Numbered from the stretch's first letter, positions 51,195 to 62,216 are shown. The stretch is 64,000 bases of DNA from Pseudomonadota bacterium (GCA_021809435.1 JAKBAD010000002.1:260042-324041); one strand, 5' to 3'. Notes: generated by a model not told the origin, from the letters alone. Program-made: numbers and translations.

Positions 51195-52950
51195 GGGCAA
51201 AGAACAGCGTTTCACCGGCCATCCGGTCTCGCCGGGCATCGGCATCGGCCCCGTGCACGAGGCCACCGAGCCCGCGCTCACCATCACCGCCCACGCGCTC
51301 GATGAACCAGACATCGCCCCCGAGCTCGACCGTCTTGACGACGCCCTCGCCCGCTCGCGCCACCAGCTGCAAAAATTAAAAAACCGCCTGGCCCAGCTGC
51401 CCGAGGATTCGCAGGCCGAAATCGCCCCCTTGATGGATGTGTATCTGCACATGCTGGGGCCCTCGCGCCTGATCCGGGGCGTGAAATCGCGCATCGAAAC
51501 CGGCCGCCACTGCGCCGAGGCCGCCATGCAGGCCGAGTCCGAGGCCCAGGCCGAGGCCATCCTGGCCCTCCCCGGCCCCGACCGCGCCGGCAAGCAGCGC
51601 CGGGCCGACGAGGTGCGCGAGCTGGCCCGGCGGGTACTGCGCAACCTCACCCGCCAGCCCTTCCGCTCCTTCACCAGCCTGCCACAAGGCGCGGTGCTGG
51701 CCGCCGAAAGCCTGCGCCCGGCCGATGCCGCGCTGATCCAGCCGGCGCAAATCGCCGGGGTCATCACCGCCGAAGGCGGCATCGAGGGGCACACCTCGGT
51801 CATGCTGCGCGCGCTCGGCCTGCCCGCCGTGCTGGGCGCCGAAGGCGTGCTCGAAGCCGCCGACCCCGGCGCGCTGGTCATCCTCGATGGTGATTCGGGC
51901 GAGATCATCCTCAACCCCTCCCGCGCCAGCCTCGATGCCGCCCGCGCCCGCCTGGCCGAGCAGGCCAAGGCCAAGCGCGCCCTGTCCCGCCTCTCGCGCC
52001 TGCCCGCCGAAACCCGCGACGGCACGCATGTCGAGCTGCAAGCCAATCTCGAACTTCCCTTCGAGCTGCCGCTCATCGCGCGCTCGGGTGCCCACGGCAT
52101 CGGGCTGCTGCGCTCCGAGTTCATGTTCATGAACCGCGCCGAAGCCCCCGACGAGGACACCCAAACCCGCATCTACCGCGACATCATCGACGCCATGGAC
52201 GGCGACCCGGTAACCATCCGCGTGCTCGATTGGGGCTCCGACAAAGAGGTCGAGGCCCTCTCGCCTTATCTCCCCGAAACGCCCGAGCCCAACCCCGCGC
52301 TCGGCCTGCGCGGCATCCGCCTGCTGCTGCGCCACCCACCCTTGCTCGAAACCCAGCTCACCGCCATCCTGCGTGCCGCCGCCCATGGCCCGGTGCGCAT
52401 CATGCTGCCCATGGTCTCGGTGGCCGCCGAAATCACCGAAACCCGTGAAATCCTGAAAAAACTCTGGCGCCGGCTCAAGCGCCGGGGCGGTGTGGCCCTG
52501 CCCGAAGCGCTGCCCCCGCTCGGCGTCATGGTCGAAACCCCGGCCGCCGCGCTGGCCGCCCCCGTGCTCGCCCGCCACGCCGATTTTTTCGCCATCGGCA
52601 CCAACGATCTCACCATGTACACCCTCGCCGCCGATCGCGGCATGCCCCTCAGCGCCCAGCTTTACGACCCGCTGGAACCCGCCGTGCTCCGCCTCATCCA
52701 CATGACCGCGACCTTCGCCCGCGCGGCCGGCATTCCGGTCTCTCTGTGTGGCGAGCTGGCCTCGCGCCCGCAGGTCTCGGCGCTGCTGCTGGGGCTGGGC
52801 GTGCGGCAATTCTCCATGCACGGCAACGCCATTCCGCGCGTCAAACAAGCCATCCGCGCCACCACCCTGCCATCCTGCGTGGCGCTGGCCGAGCGCGCCT
52901 TGGGCGCCGAGAGCGCCGCCCAGGTGCGCGCGCTGCTCGAAGGCGAATAA
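51181..52950 (+). CDS. ptsI: PTS enzyme I (no GAF domain)
   Basis: GHTSV, GIGLLRSEF, TIRVLD, NPALGLRGIR, IGTNDL, CGE. Confidence 0.92.
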   Translation: MKLTKGKEQRFTGHPVSPGIGIGPVHEATEPALTITAHALDEPDIAPELDRLDDALARSRHQLQKLKNRLAQLPEDSQAEIAPLMDVYLHMLGPSRLIRGVKSRIETGRHCAEAAMQAESEAQAEAILALPGPDRAGKQRRADEVRELARRVLRNLTRQPFRSFTSLPQGAVLAAESLRPADAALIQPAQIAGVITAEGGIEGHTSVMLRALGLPAVLGAEGVLEAADPGALVILDGDSGEIILNPSRASLDAARARLAEQAKAKRALSRLSRLPAETRDGTHVELQANLELPFELPLIARSGAHGIGLLRSEFMFMNRAEAPDEDTQTRIYRDIIDAMDGDPVTIRVLDWGSDKEVEALSPYLPETPEPNPALGLRGIRLLLRHPPLLETQLTAILRAAAHGPVRIMLPMVSVAAEITETREILKKLWRRLKRRGGVALPEALPPLGVMVETPAAALAAPVLARHADFFAIGTNDLTMYTLAADRGMPLSAQLYDPLEPAVLRLIHMTATFARAAGIPVSLCGELASRPQVSALLLGLGVRQFSMHGNAIPRVKQAIRATTLPSCVALAERALGAESAAQVRALLEGE

Positions 52951-52977
52951 TCCCTCGCCACCGCGCCGCCCGTCACC

Positions 52978-53892
52978 CTACCGCCCGGTCCATTTCGCCT
53001 CATAAACCTTGGCGCCGGGCGGCGGCACAAAGGCCCGGTCGGCCTTTTCCTCGGCATGGCGCAGCGCGTTCAGGCTCACCAGCAGCGCCGCCGTGTTCAG
53101 CGCCCCCGCCGGAATCCACTGAATAATGCCGCCCAGCAACTGGTCATATTGCGCGCTCATGAGCGGAAATAACCGCCCGCACACCGCATAAACCGTGTAG
53201 AGATCGCGCGAGGTGAGCGCGATATAGGCGCTCACCGGCATCTGCGGAAACATCACCAAAAACCCGGTCGCCCCCCGCACGATAAATGAAAAACGGCAAG
53301 GCGGGTTGGGCCGGTCGTCGAGCACCATCAGCCAAAACAGCAGCCCGGCATAGAAACAAGACACCAGCATCAAATCATAAAGCCACGGGTTGAGCATGGC
53401 ATCGAACTGCACGGTGGGAATCAGCCATACATCAGTGGCTCCCAGCATCAGCAGCGCCGCGGGCACCGGCCTTGCCAGCCCCGCCACCACCGGCGCCACC
53501 GCCCCGGCCGCGCGCCTGGCCCAGTCCGGCGCGCCCGCCTCCAGCACCGGCCCCAACCGGCCAAAACTCAGCAAAAAGGGCCCCGCCATGCCGCTCACCA
53601 GCGCCTGGGCCCGGTCCAGCGCGAATAAATGCTCGGCCCAATACTCAAAATGTGTCTGGAGCACGAAATAAATGGCCGCCCAGCCCAACAGTGCGCTGGC
53701 CACCCGCGCCCAATGCGGGCGCTCGGCCAGCCGCGCCAGCCCGCGCCCATACCACACCAGCCCCGCCCAAAGCGGACAGAACAACAGCGGATCAAACACA
53801 TAAGGCCCCAAAAACGGCACATGCGCGGGCCACAGCGCGCACACACCCCACACCAGCGCGCTGACCACCAGCAGCGCCAGCGTATCAGCCAT
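52978..53892 (-). CDS. Cytochrome c oxidase assembly factor, Caa3_CtaG-like membrane protein
   Basis: Multi-TM; YDQLLGGIIQW; resemblance only. Confidence 0.65.
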   Translation of the reverse strand: MADTLALLVVSALVWGVCALWPAHVPFLGPYVFDPLLFCPLWAGLVWYGRGLARLAERPHWARVASALLGWAAIYFVLQTHFEYWAEHLFALDRAQALVSGMAGPFLLSFGRLGPVLEAGAPDWARRAAGAVAPVVAGLARPVPAALLMLGATDVWLIPTVQFDAMLNPWLYDLMLVSCFYAGLLFWLMVLDDRPNPPCRFSFIVRGATGFLVMFPQMPVSAYIALTSRDLYTVYAVCGRLFPLMSAQYDQLLGGIIQWIPAGALNTAALLVSLNALRHAEEKADRAFVPPPGAKVYEAKWTGR

Positions 53893-54376
53893 GCAGCCGC
53901 TCCAGCGGCACGCCGGGCAGGTCGCGGCTGGTGCGAATGGTCTGCAACGTCTGCACCCGCGCCACCAGCGGGGCGTTGGTCAGCCGGGTGGTCAGCTGGT
54001 TCTCATGCCCCGGATCGCGCGCCACGAGCTTAAGCAAAAAATCGCCACCGCCGCGGATCATGTGGCACTCGCGCACCTCGGGCCAGCCGTCCACCAGCGC
54101 CTCAAACTGCTCCAGCACCGCCTGTTTCTGGCTTTCCAGTCCAACAATGACAAAAAACACAATCTGCCAGCCCAGCCGCGGGCCATTGGCCTCGGCATGA
54201 TAGCCCAGAATATACCCCGCCTCCTCCAGCCGGCGCACCCGGCGCAGGCAGGGCGGCGGCGAAATGCCCACCCGCTTGGCCAGTTCCACATTGGTCATCC
54301 GCCCGTCCGCCTGCAACTCGGCCAGAATTTTGCGGTCGATCTCATCGAGACTCAGCGGGTCGTATTCGTTTGCCAT
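53885..54376 (-). CDS. Lrp/AsnC family regulator
   Basis: LDEIDRKIL, ELAKRVGISPPPCLRRVRRLE; start refined to 54376. Confidence 0.9.
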   Translation of the reverse strand: MANEYDPLSLDEIDRKILAELQADGRMTNVELAKRVGISPPPCLRRVRRLEEAGYILGYHAEANGPRLGWQIVFFVIVGLESQKQAVLEQFEALVDGWPEVRECHMIRGGGDFLLKLVARDPGHENQLTTRLTNAPLVARVQTLQTIRTSRDLPGVPLERLHG

Positions 54377-54428
54377 AGGGTCCAAAAGCTCATCATGACG
54401 CGCAATATCATTGCGCGACAACTCTTGG

Positions 54429-54590
54429 CTAGTGTGATGGTTCAGAAATTCGCGATATTCCATATCGCGCATTTGTGAAGCTGAATCACACTAGCTTATT
54501 GATTTTCCTAGTGCCCCGATCCTGAAATCCAACAGATTTCAGGATCGGGGCACTAGTGTGATGGTTCAGAAATTCGCGACACCCCATATC
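54429..54590 (-). repeat. Inverted copy of the CTAG two-hairpin element (124 bp) plus a truncated second unit
   Basis: CTAG at 54429, 54491, 54508 and 54553; reverse complement matches the units at 1329 and 61764. Confidence 0.92.
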
Positions 54591-54632
54591 TGTTTAGTCC
54601 CGGCATGTTTTCTCCCCTCCGCCATACCGGGC

Positions 54633-55151
54633 TCACACGGCCAGCACATGGCTGTGCACATCCTGCGCGCCCTCGGCCTCCAGCACCTGCCGCGCCACGG
54701 CCTCGCGCTCATCGTCGCGCACCCCCACCCACAGCAAAATGCCCCCCCGCTCCACCTGCTCCTGAATCCGCGCCGCATGGTGGTGATGAATCACCCCGCC
54801 CAGCGCCACGCCAATCACCCCGCCGGCGCCGGCCGCAATCACCGCCGGAATCCCAGCGCCCACGCCCGCCAGCGCCAGCCACCCCATGCCCGCCAGCATG
54901 GGCGCGGGAAACAGCTCGGCCTCCAGCCGCGAGACATGGCCAAAAAACGTCTCGCGCGGGGCGCCTGGCTCATCTTCCATCTCGGCCACGCGGCAATAGC
55001 GGTGCCCCAGCACGCGCTCCACCGTATCCTCCGAGGCCAGCACCGAAAACGCCGCCCGGTCAAACCCCCGGGTTTCGAGCGCGAACACCGCGCGCTCCAG
55101 CGCCTCCGGATCGCCGAACACCCCCACCACCTCATGAATTCCCCGTGCCAT
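54633..55151 (-). CDS. Hypothetical membrane protein with glycine-rich TM pair
   Basis: EVVGVFG N-terminus, AAGAGGVIGVALGG, GGILLWVGVRD; typical codon usage. Confidence 0.6.
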   Translation of the reverse strand: MARGIHEVVGVFGDPEALERAVFALETRGFDRAAFSVLASEDTVERVLGHRYCRVAEMEDEPGAPRETFFGHVSRLEAELFPAPMLAGMGWLALAGVGAGIPAVIAAGAGGVIGVALGGVIHHHHAARIQEQVERGGILLWVGVRDDEREAVARQVLEAEGAQDVHSHVLAV

Positions 55152-55284
55152 GGCGCCGCTCCTGATTATCGGTTCCACGGGTCATCCTGCGCTGTCCCGG
55201 CGGGCACGCAAGCTTTTTTTTTGCATCACCCACGCGCCGCGCAAAGCATTTGACAGCCCCCGCCCGCCGCGTCACCTTCCCCCC

Positions 55285-56649
55285 ATGTTCGATATCGCGG
55301 TGGTCGGGGCCGGTGTGGTGGGCTGCGCGGTGGCGCGGCGTTTCGCGCTCATGGGCGCGCGGGTCGTGCTTCTCGAACAAGGCCCCGACATTCTGTCCGG
55401 CGCCTCCAAGGGCAACAGCGCCATCCTCCACACCGGCTTCGACGCGCCCCCCGGCAGCCTCGAACTCGCCTGCATGCGGGCCGGCCGCGCCGAATATCTC
55501 GAAATCCGCGAACGCCTCGGCCTGCCCCTGCTCGAAACCGGCGCCATCGTCGCCGCCTGGAGCGACGACGAACAAGCCAAACTCCCCGCCATCGCCGCCC
55601 AGGCCCACGCCAACGGCGTCACCGATGTCACCTTGCTCGACCGCGCCGCGCTCCTCGCGCGCATCCCCACCCTCAGCCCTCATATCAAGGCGGGGCTGTT
55701 GGTGCCCGGCGAACATCTCATCGACCCCTGGTCCGCCCCGCTGGCCTATGTGCTCCAGGCGCTGGCCGTCGGCGCCACGGTACACCGGCGCACCCAAGTC
55801 ACCGCCGCCCGGTTCGATGGCGCCTGCTGGCAGCTCGACACCACCACCGGCCCGTTCCGCGCCACCACCCTCATCAACGCCGCCGGCCTGTTCGGAGATC
55901 ATCTCGAAGCCCTGGCCCTGGGTGAGGCCAGCTTCACCATCCACCCGCGCAAGGGCCAGTTCGTGGTGTTCGACAAGGCGGCAACCAAGCTGCTCGCCAC
56001 CATCTTGCTGCCCGTGCCCCTCGAGCGCACCAAGGGCATCGTCCTCACCCCCACCATTTTCGGCAATCTCCTGGTCGGCCCCACCGCCGATGAACAAGAC
56101 AGCCGCACCAACGCCGGCACCGACCACCAAAGCCTTCAAGCCCTCATCGCCCGCGCCCACGCGCTCATTCCCGCCCTCGAACACATGCCCGTCACCGCCC
56201 TCTATGCCGGCATCCGCCCCGCCACCGAGCGCAAGGAGTACCGCCTCCGCCACGAGCCCGCGCGCCATTATATCGGCCTGAACGGCATCCGCTCCACCGG
56301 CCTCACCGCCGCGCTCGGCCTCGCCCAGCACGCCGCCAGCCTCTACCAAACGCCTCACACGCCCATCGCCACCCCGCCCTGGCCGCAAGCGCCCAAACTG
56401 GCTGAACATCTCCCCCGCGACCACCACCAGCCCGGCTACGGCGAAATCATCTGCCATTGCGAGCTGGTCACCCGCCGCGAGATCGAGGCCGCGCTCACCG
56501 GCCCGCTCCCCGCCACCGACCTTGGCGGCCTCAAGCGCCGCACCCGCGCCACCATGGGTCGCTGCCAGGGGTTTTACTGCCAGGCGCATCTGGCCACCCT
56601 CACCGCCGGCCGGCTCGACCCGCCGCTGGAGACGCCCCATGCCCCCTGA
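55285..56649 (+). CDS. FAD-dependent oxidoreductase with C-terminal BFD-like [2Fe-2S] domain (GlpA/LhgO-like)
   Basis: VVGAGVVG, ASKGNSAILHTG, GIRSTGLT, ICHCE...RCQGFYC; start refined to 55285. Confidence 0.85.
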   Translation: MFDIAVVGAGVVGCAVARRFALMGARVVLLEQGPDILSGASKGNSAILHTGFDAPPGSLELACMRAGRAEYLEIRERLGLPLLETGAIVAAWSDDEQAKLPAIAAQAHANGVTDVTLLDRAALLARIPTLSPHIKAGLLVPGEHLIDPWSAPLAYVLQALAVGATVHRRTQVTAARFDGACWQLDTTTGPFRATTLINAAGLFGDHLEALALGEASFTIHPRKGQFVVFDKAATKLLATILLPVPLERTKGIVLTPTIFGNLLVGPTADEQDSRTNAGTDHQSLQALIARAHALIPALEHMPVTALYAGIRPATERKEYRLRHEPARHYIGLNGIRSTGLTAALGLAQHAASLYQTPHTPIATPPWPQAPKLAEHLPRDHHQPGYGEIICHCELVTRREIEAALTGPLPATDLGGLKRRTRATMGRCQGFYCQAHLATLTAGRLDPPLETPHAP

Positions 56650-57856
56650 GCCCGCCTATGACGCGCTAATCATCGGCGCCGGCCCCGCCGGCATCGGCGC
56701 CGCGCTGGCGCTTAAATCCCGCGGCATCCACAACATCGCCCTGCTGGAGCGCGAAACCGACGCCGGCGGCACGCCCCGCCATTGCGGCCACCCGCCCTTT
56801 GGTCTGCGCGAATTCCGCCGCCTGCTCACCGGCCCGGCCTATGCCAAACGCCTCGCCCGCGCGGCGTTCGATGCCAACATCCCCCTCCTGCCCCGCCATT
56901 CCGTGCTGGCCCTCCACCCTGGCGGCACGCTCGACCTCGCCACCCCCGAAGGCCCCCGCACCCTCACGGCCCGGCGCGTGCTCATCGCCACCGGCGCGCG
57001 CGAGGCCCCGCGCGCCGCGCGCCTCATCGGCGGCGAGCGCCCGCTCGGCGTGCTCAACACCGGCGCGCTCCAGGCTTATTGCTATCTCGAGCACAAAGCC
57101 CCGCCCTTCACCCGCCCCGTGGTGGTCGGCACCGAGCTGGTCAGCCTCTCGGCGCTGCTCACGCTCCGCCGCCACGGCATCCACCCCGTGGCGGTGCTCG
57201 AATCCGGCCCCACCCCGGTGGCGCCCTGGCCGCTCTCGCTGTTTCCCCGCCTGCTCGGCCTGCCCGTGCACCGCAACGCCGCGCTCGCCAGCATCAACGG
57301 CTTCCCCCGCGTCACCTCCGTCACCTTGCAAAATGGCAGCGAACTCGCCTGCGACGGCGTGCTCCTCACCGGCCGCTTCACCCCCGAATCCACCCTCGCC
57401 CGCATGAGCCATCTGGCGCTCTCCACCGCCACCAAAGGCCCCGCCATCGACCAATATGGCCGCACCTCCGACCCGGCCTTTTTCGCCGCCGGCAACCAGC
57501 TCCGCGCCATCGAAACCGCCGGCTGGTGCTTTTTCGAGGGCCGGCGCATCGGCGAATTCATGGCCGACGACCTGCAAGGCGGCCTGCCCGCGCCGGGCGA
57601 TGAACTCACCCTCACGCCGGGCGAAGGTATCGCCTATGTCGTACCCCAGCGCCTGGCGCGTGTCTCACCGCTGCGCGCCACGCTCCAGCTTCGCCTCACC
57701 GAGCCGGCGCTCGGCCAGCTCCATGTCCGTGCCGGCGACACGGTGCTGCTCCGCCGCCCGCTCATCTCAGCCCCCGAGCGGCGCGTGCTGCTCGAGCTCG
57801 ACGATCTGCGCCCCCCGCCCGGCACCCAGCACCTCACCATCGAGGTCGCCCAATGA
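56639..57856 (+). CDS. NAD(P)/FAD-dependent oxidoreductase, partner of the GlpA-like protein
   Basis: IIGAGPAG, GGTPRHCGH, IATGARE, FAAGN. Confidence 0.85.
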   Translation: MPPEPAYDALIIGAGPAGIGAALALKSRGIHNIALLERETDAGGTPRHCGHPPFGLREFRRLLTGPAYAKRLARAAFDANIPLLPRHSVLALHPGGTLDLATPEGPRTLTARRVLIATGAREAPRAARLIGGERPLGVLNTGALQAYCYLEHKAPPFTRPVVVGTELVSLSALLTLRRHGIHPVAVLESGPTPVAPWPLSLFPRLLGLPVHRNAALASINGFPRVTSVTLQNGSELACDGVLLTGRFTPESTLARMSHLALSTATKGPAIDQYGRTSDPAFFAAGNQLRAIETAGWCFFEGRRIGEFMADDLQGGLPAPGDELTLTPGEGIAYVVPQRLARVSPLRATLQLRLTEPALGQLHVRAGDTVLLRRPLISAPERRVLLELDDLRPPPGTQHLTIEVAQ

Positions 57857-59247
57857 TCGTGGCCGCCATCGACCAGGGCACCACCAGCACCCGCGTGCTG
57901 GTCGCCGACCCCAGCGGCCATGCCCGCATCCGCCACGCCATCCGCCATGCCCAATTTCACCCCCACCCCGGCTGGGTCGAGCATAACCCGCTGGAATTAC
58001 TGGCCAACATCCGCGCCTGCCTGCAAGCCGCCGGGCCGGTCGAGGCGCTCGGCCTCGCCAATCAGGGCGAATCCTGCCTCGCCTGGGATGCCAAAACCCT
58101 CCAGCCCCTCTCCCCCGTCATCGTCTGGCAAGACAACCGCACCGCCCCCGACACCCAGCGCCTCAAAGCCCAAGGCGCCGAGGCCGAAACCCTGGCACGC
58201 GCCGGCCTGCCGCTCGATGCCTATTTCTCCGCCACCAAACTGGCCTGGCTGGTGCGCGAAATCCCCGAAATCCAAGCCGCCCGCCGTGCCAACCGCCTCT
58301 GCCTCGGCACCACCGACGCTTTTTTTCTCCACCACCTCACCGGCCGCTTCACCACCGATGTAACCACCGCCTCGCGCACCAGCCTGATGAACCTGGCCAC
58401 CCGCCAGTGGGATACCACGCTCTGCGCCCTGTTCGGCGTGCCGCCCGAATGCCTGCCCGAAATCCGCGACACGGTGGGCGCGTTTGGCGACATCAACAAA
58501 ACCCCGCTCACCGCCTCGGTGGTCGATCAGCAAGCCGCCCTCTACGGCCATGGCTGCCGCCGCGCGGGCGATGCCAAAATCACCTTCGGCACCGGCGCCT
58601 TCGCGCTGGCCGTCACAGGCGCCGAGATCATCCGCGCCCCCGAACAGGGGCTGCTGCCCACCATCGCCTGGTCACGCGGCGGCATCGCCACCTTCGCGCT
58701 CGATGGCGGGGTCTACGATGCCGGCGCCGCCATCGAATGGGCCGAGCGCCTCGGCATCCTGCACAATCTCGATGAATTGCACGATTTCCAGGCCCCGCCC
58801 GCCATCACCCGCGGCCTGGTCTTCGTCCCGGCGCTCTCAGGTTTGGCCTGCCCGCACTGGGACCGTTCAGCCGCCGCCCTCTGGCTCGGCATGGATTCCA
58901 GCACCACCAGACAAGACCTGCTGCAAGCCCTGCTGGAAGGCGTGGCGCTGCGCACCGCCGAAGTCATCTCCGCCATGCATGAAAAAATCGAGCTGAAGGG
59001 CGCCATTTCAGTGGATGGCGGGCTGACCCGCAGCCCTTATTTCCTGCGCGTCCTGGCCTCCGCCCTGGGGCGCGAGCTCGCCGTGCCGGATTTTGATGAG
59101 TTGACCGCGTTTGGCTGCGCCGCGCTCGCCGCCCCCCAGCCGCTCCCGCGTCCCGGCACCACCCGCGCCATCGCGCCCTCGCTCACATCATCGGGCTGGC
59201 GCGAACGCTTCGCCGAGGCCATCACCCGCGCCAGGGGCTGGCGATAA
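57853..59247 (+). CDS. FGGY family (glycerol kinase-like) carbohydrate kinase
   Basis: DQGTTSTR, IVWQDNRT, YFSATK, DQQAALYG, FGTGAF, VDGG. Confidence 0.88.
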   Translation: MIVAAIDQGTTSTRVLVADPSGHARIRHAIRHAQFHPHPGWVEHNPLELLANIRACLQAAGPVEALGLANQGESCLAWDAKTLQPLSPVIVWQDNRTAPDTQRLKAQGAEAETLARAGLPLDAYFSATKLAWLVREIPEIQAARRANRLCLGTTDAFFLHHLTGRFTTDVTTASRTSLMNLATRQWDTTLCALFGVPPECLPEIRDTVGAFGDINKTPLTASVVDQQAALYGHGCRRAGDAKITFGTGAFALAVTGAEIIRAPEQGLLPTIAWSRGGIATFALDGGVYDAGAAIEWAERLGILHNLDELHDFQAPPAITRGLVFVPALSGLACPHWDRSAAALWLGMDSSTTRQDLLQALLEGVALRTAEVISAMHEKIELKGAISVDGGLTRSPYFLRVLASALGRELAVPDFDELTAFGCAALAAPQPLPRPGTTRAIAPSLTSSGWRERFAEAITRARGWR

Positions 59248-59281
59248 ATAATTCACAAAAAGAGCAAAACCACAAAAGACC

Positions 59282-59307
59282 GTGGGGGATTTTAAAAAAT
59301 CCCCCAC
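59282..59307. terminator. Hairpin between convergent genes
   Basis: GTGGGGGATTTT-AA-AAAATCCCCCAC. Confidence 0.6.
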
Positions 59308-59350
59308 ACCCCTAAAATTTTTGCAACTTGAGGCGCGGCCCCCACCAGCC

Positions 59351-60540
59351 TCACACCACGCCCTTGGCGCGCAAGGCCGCGATTTCGTCAGCCGAAATCC
59401 CCAGCCCGGCCAGCACCTCATCCGTGTCCGCGCCCAGCTGCGGCGGTTGGCGGCGGTCATCAACCGGGGTGCGGTCAAAGCGCATCGGGTTGGCCACCGC
59501 GCGCACACCGCCGCCCAAATCATTAAAAATCCCCCGCGCTTGCACCTGCGGATCGTCATCGAGATCGGCAAACCCATTGATCGGCCCGCCCGGCACGCCA
59601 TTTTCCTCCAGCCCCACGCACCATTCGCGGGTGGTGCGGGCACGCAAAATCTCCTCGAGAATCGGCACCAGCTCAGCGCGGTTCCTCACCCGGTCGGGGT
59701 TCTTGGCAAATCTCACATCCGCGGCCAGCTCCGCCCGCCCGGCCAAACGGCAGAATTTGGCGAACTGCTCATCATTGCCCACCGCCAAAATCAAATGCCC
59801 ATCGCGCGTGCCAAACACCTGATAAGGCACGATGGAGGGATGCGCATTGCCCAAACGCTGCGGCTGCTCGCCCGAAATCAGATAAGATGAAATCTGGTTG
59901 GCCATGGCGGCGATCTGCACGTCGAACAATGCCAGATCGATATATTGCCCAAGCCCGCTCCGGCCCCGCTCCACCAGCGCGGCCAGCACGGCGGTCGAGG
60001 CATAAAGCCCCGTGAACACATCCACCACCGCCACGCCGGCCTTCATCGGCTCGCCCTCGGGCACGCCGGTCACGCTCATCAACCCGCCCATGCCCTGCAT
60101 GAGAAAATCATAGCCCGCGCGCGGCGCATAAGGTCCGGTCTGGCCAAACCCGGTAATGGAGCAATAAACCAGCCGCGGATTGATTGCCTTCAGGCTCTCA
60201 TAATCAAGGCCGAGCTTCCTCAAGCCCCCAACCTTGAAATTCTCCAGCACCACATCGGCCTCCTGGGCCATGCGGCGGATGATGGCGAGGCCCTCTGGCG
60301 CCGCCATATCCACCGTCACCGAGCGCTTGCCCCGGTTGGTCGCGCAAAAATACGCGCTCAACCCATTATCGGCAAAAGGCGGTCCCCAGGTACGGGTATC
60401 ATCCCCCGCGCCCGGACGCTCGATCTTGACCACCTCGGCGCCAAGATCGGCGAAAATCTGCGATGCCCAAGGCCCCGCCAGCACACGGCTGAGGTCAAGC
60501 ACCTTGATGCCGGCCAACGGCCCCTTGGGCATCGTCATGC

Positions 60541-60544
<4 letters not shown>
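59351..60544 (-). CDS. CaiB/BaiF CoA-transferase (probable succinyl-CoA:glutarate type)
   Basis: [36 protein letters not shown]; follows gcdH. Confidence 0.88.
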
Positions 60545-61722
<1,178 letters not shown>

Positions 61723-61763
61723 GGCGTGTCCCCTCTCATATCTGCAACCGCGTTCGTTCTCGC

Positions 61764-62151
61764 CTAGTGTCCCGATCCTGAAATCCCTTGGATTTCAGGA
61801 TCATAGTGGACACTAGGAAAATCAATACCCTAGTGTGATTCAGCTTCGGAAATTCGCGATATGGAATATCGCGAATCTCCGAACCATCACACTAGTGTCC
61901 CGATCCTGAAATCCCTTGGATTTCAGGACCATAGTGGACACTAGGAAAATCAATACCCTAGTGTAACTCAGCTTCGGAAATTCGCGATATGGAATATCGC
62001 GAATCTCCGAACCATCACACTAGTGTCCCGATCCTGAAATCCCTTGGATTTCAGGACCATAGTGGACACTAGGAAAATCAATAACCTAGTGTGACTCAGC
62101 TTCGGAAATTCGCGATATGGAATATCGCGAATTTCCGAACCATCGCACTAG
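61764..62151 (+). repeat. Tandem array of three 128-bp CTAG-bounded two-hairpin units
   Basis: Unit boundaries at CTAG 61764, 61892, 62020 and 62148; units differ by 3-5 substitutions. Confidence 0.97.
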
Positions 62152-62216
62152 CGACATCTTTCATTCAAGAGAATTAAAACTCGATTTTAATGCATATTTC
62201 GTATTAAACTCCGCCC

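Noticed and set aside
54377-54472. N-terminal extension of the Lrp protein (MRDMEYREF...)
   Set aside because: It starts within the repeat; the Lrp domain begins after ATG 54376
61764-62151. CRISPR array
   Set aside because: Units are near-identical over their whole 128 bp with no unique spacers, and no cas genes are present
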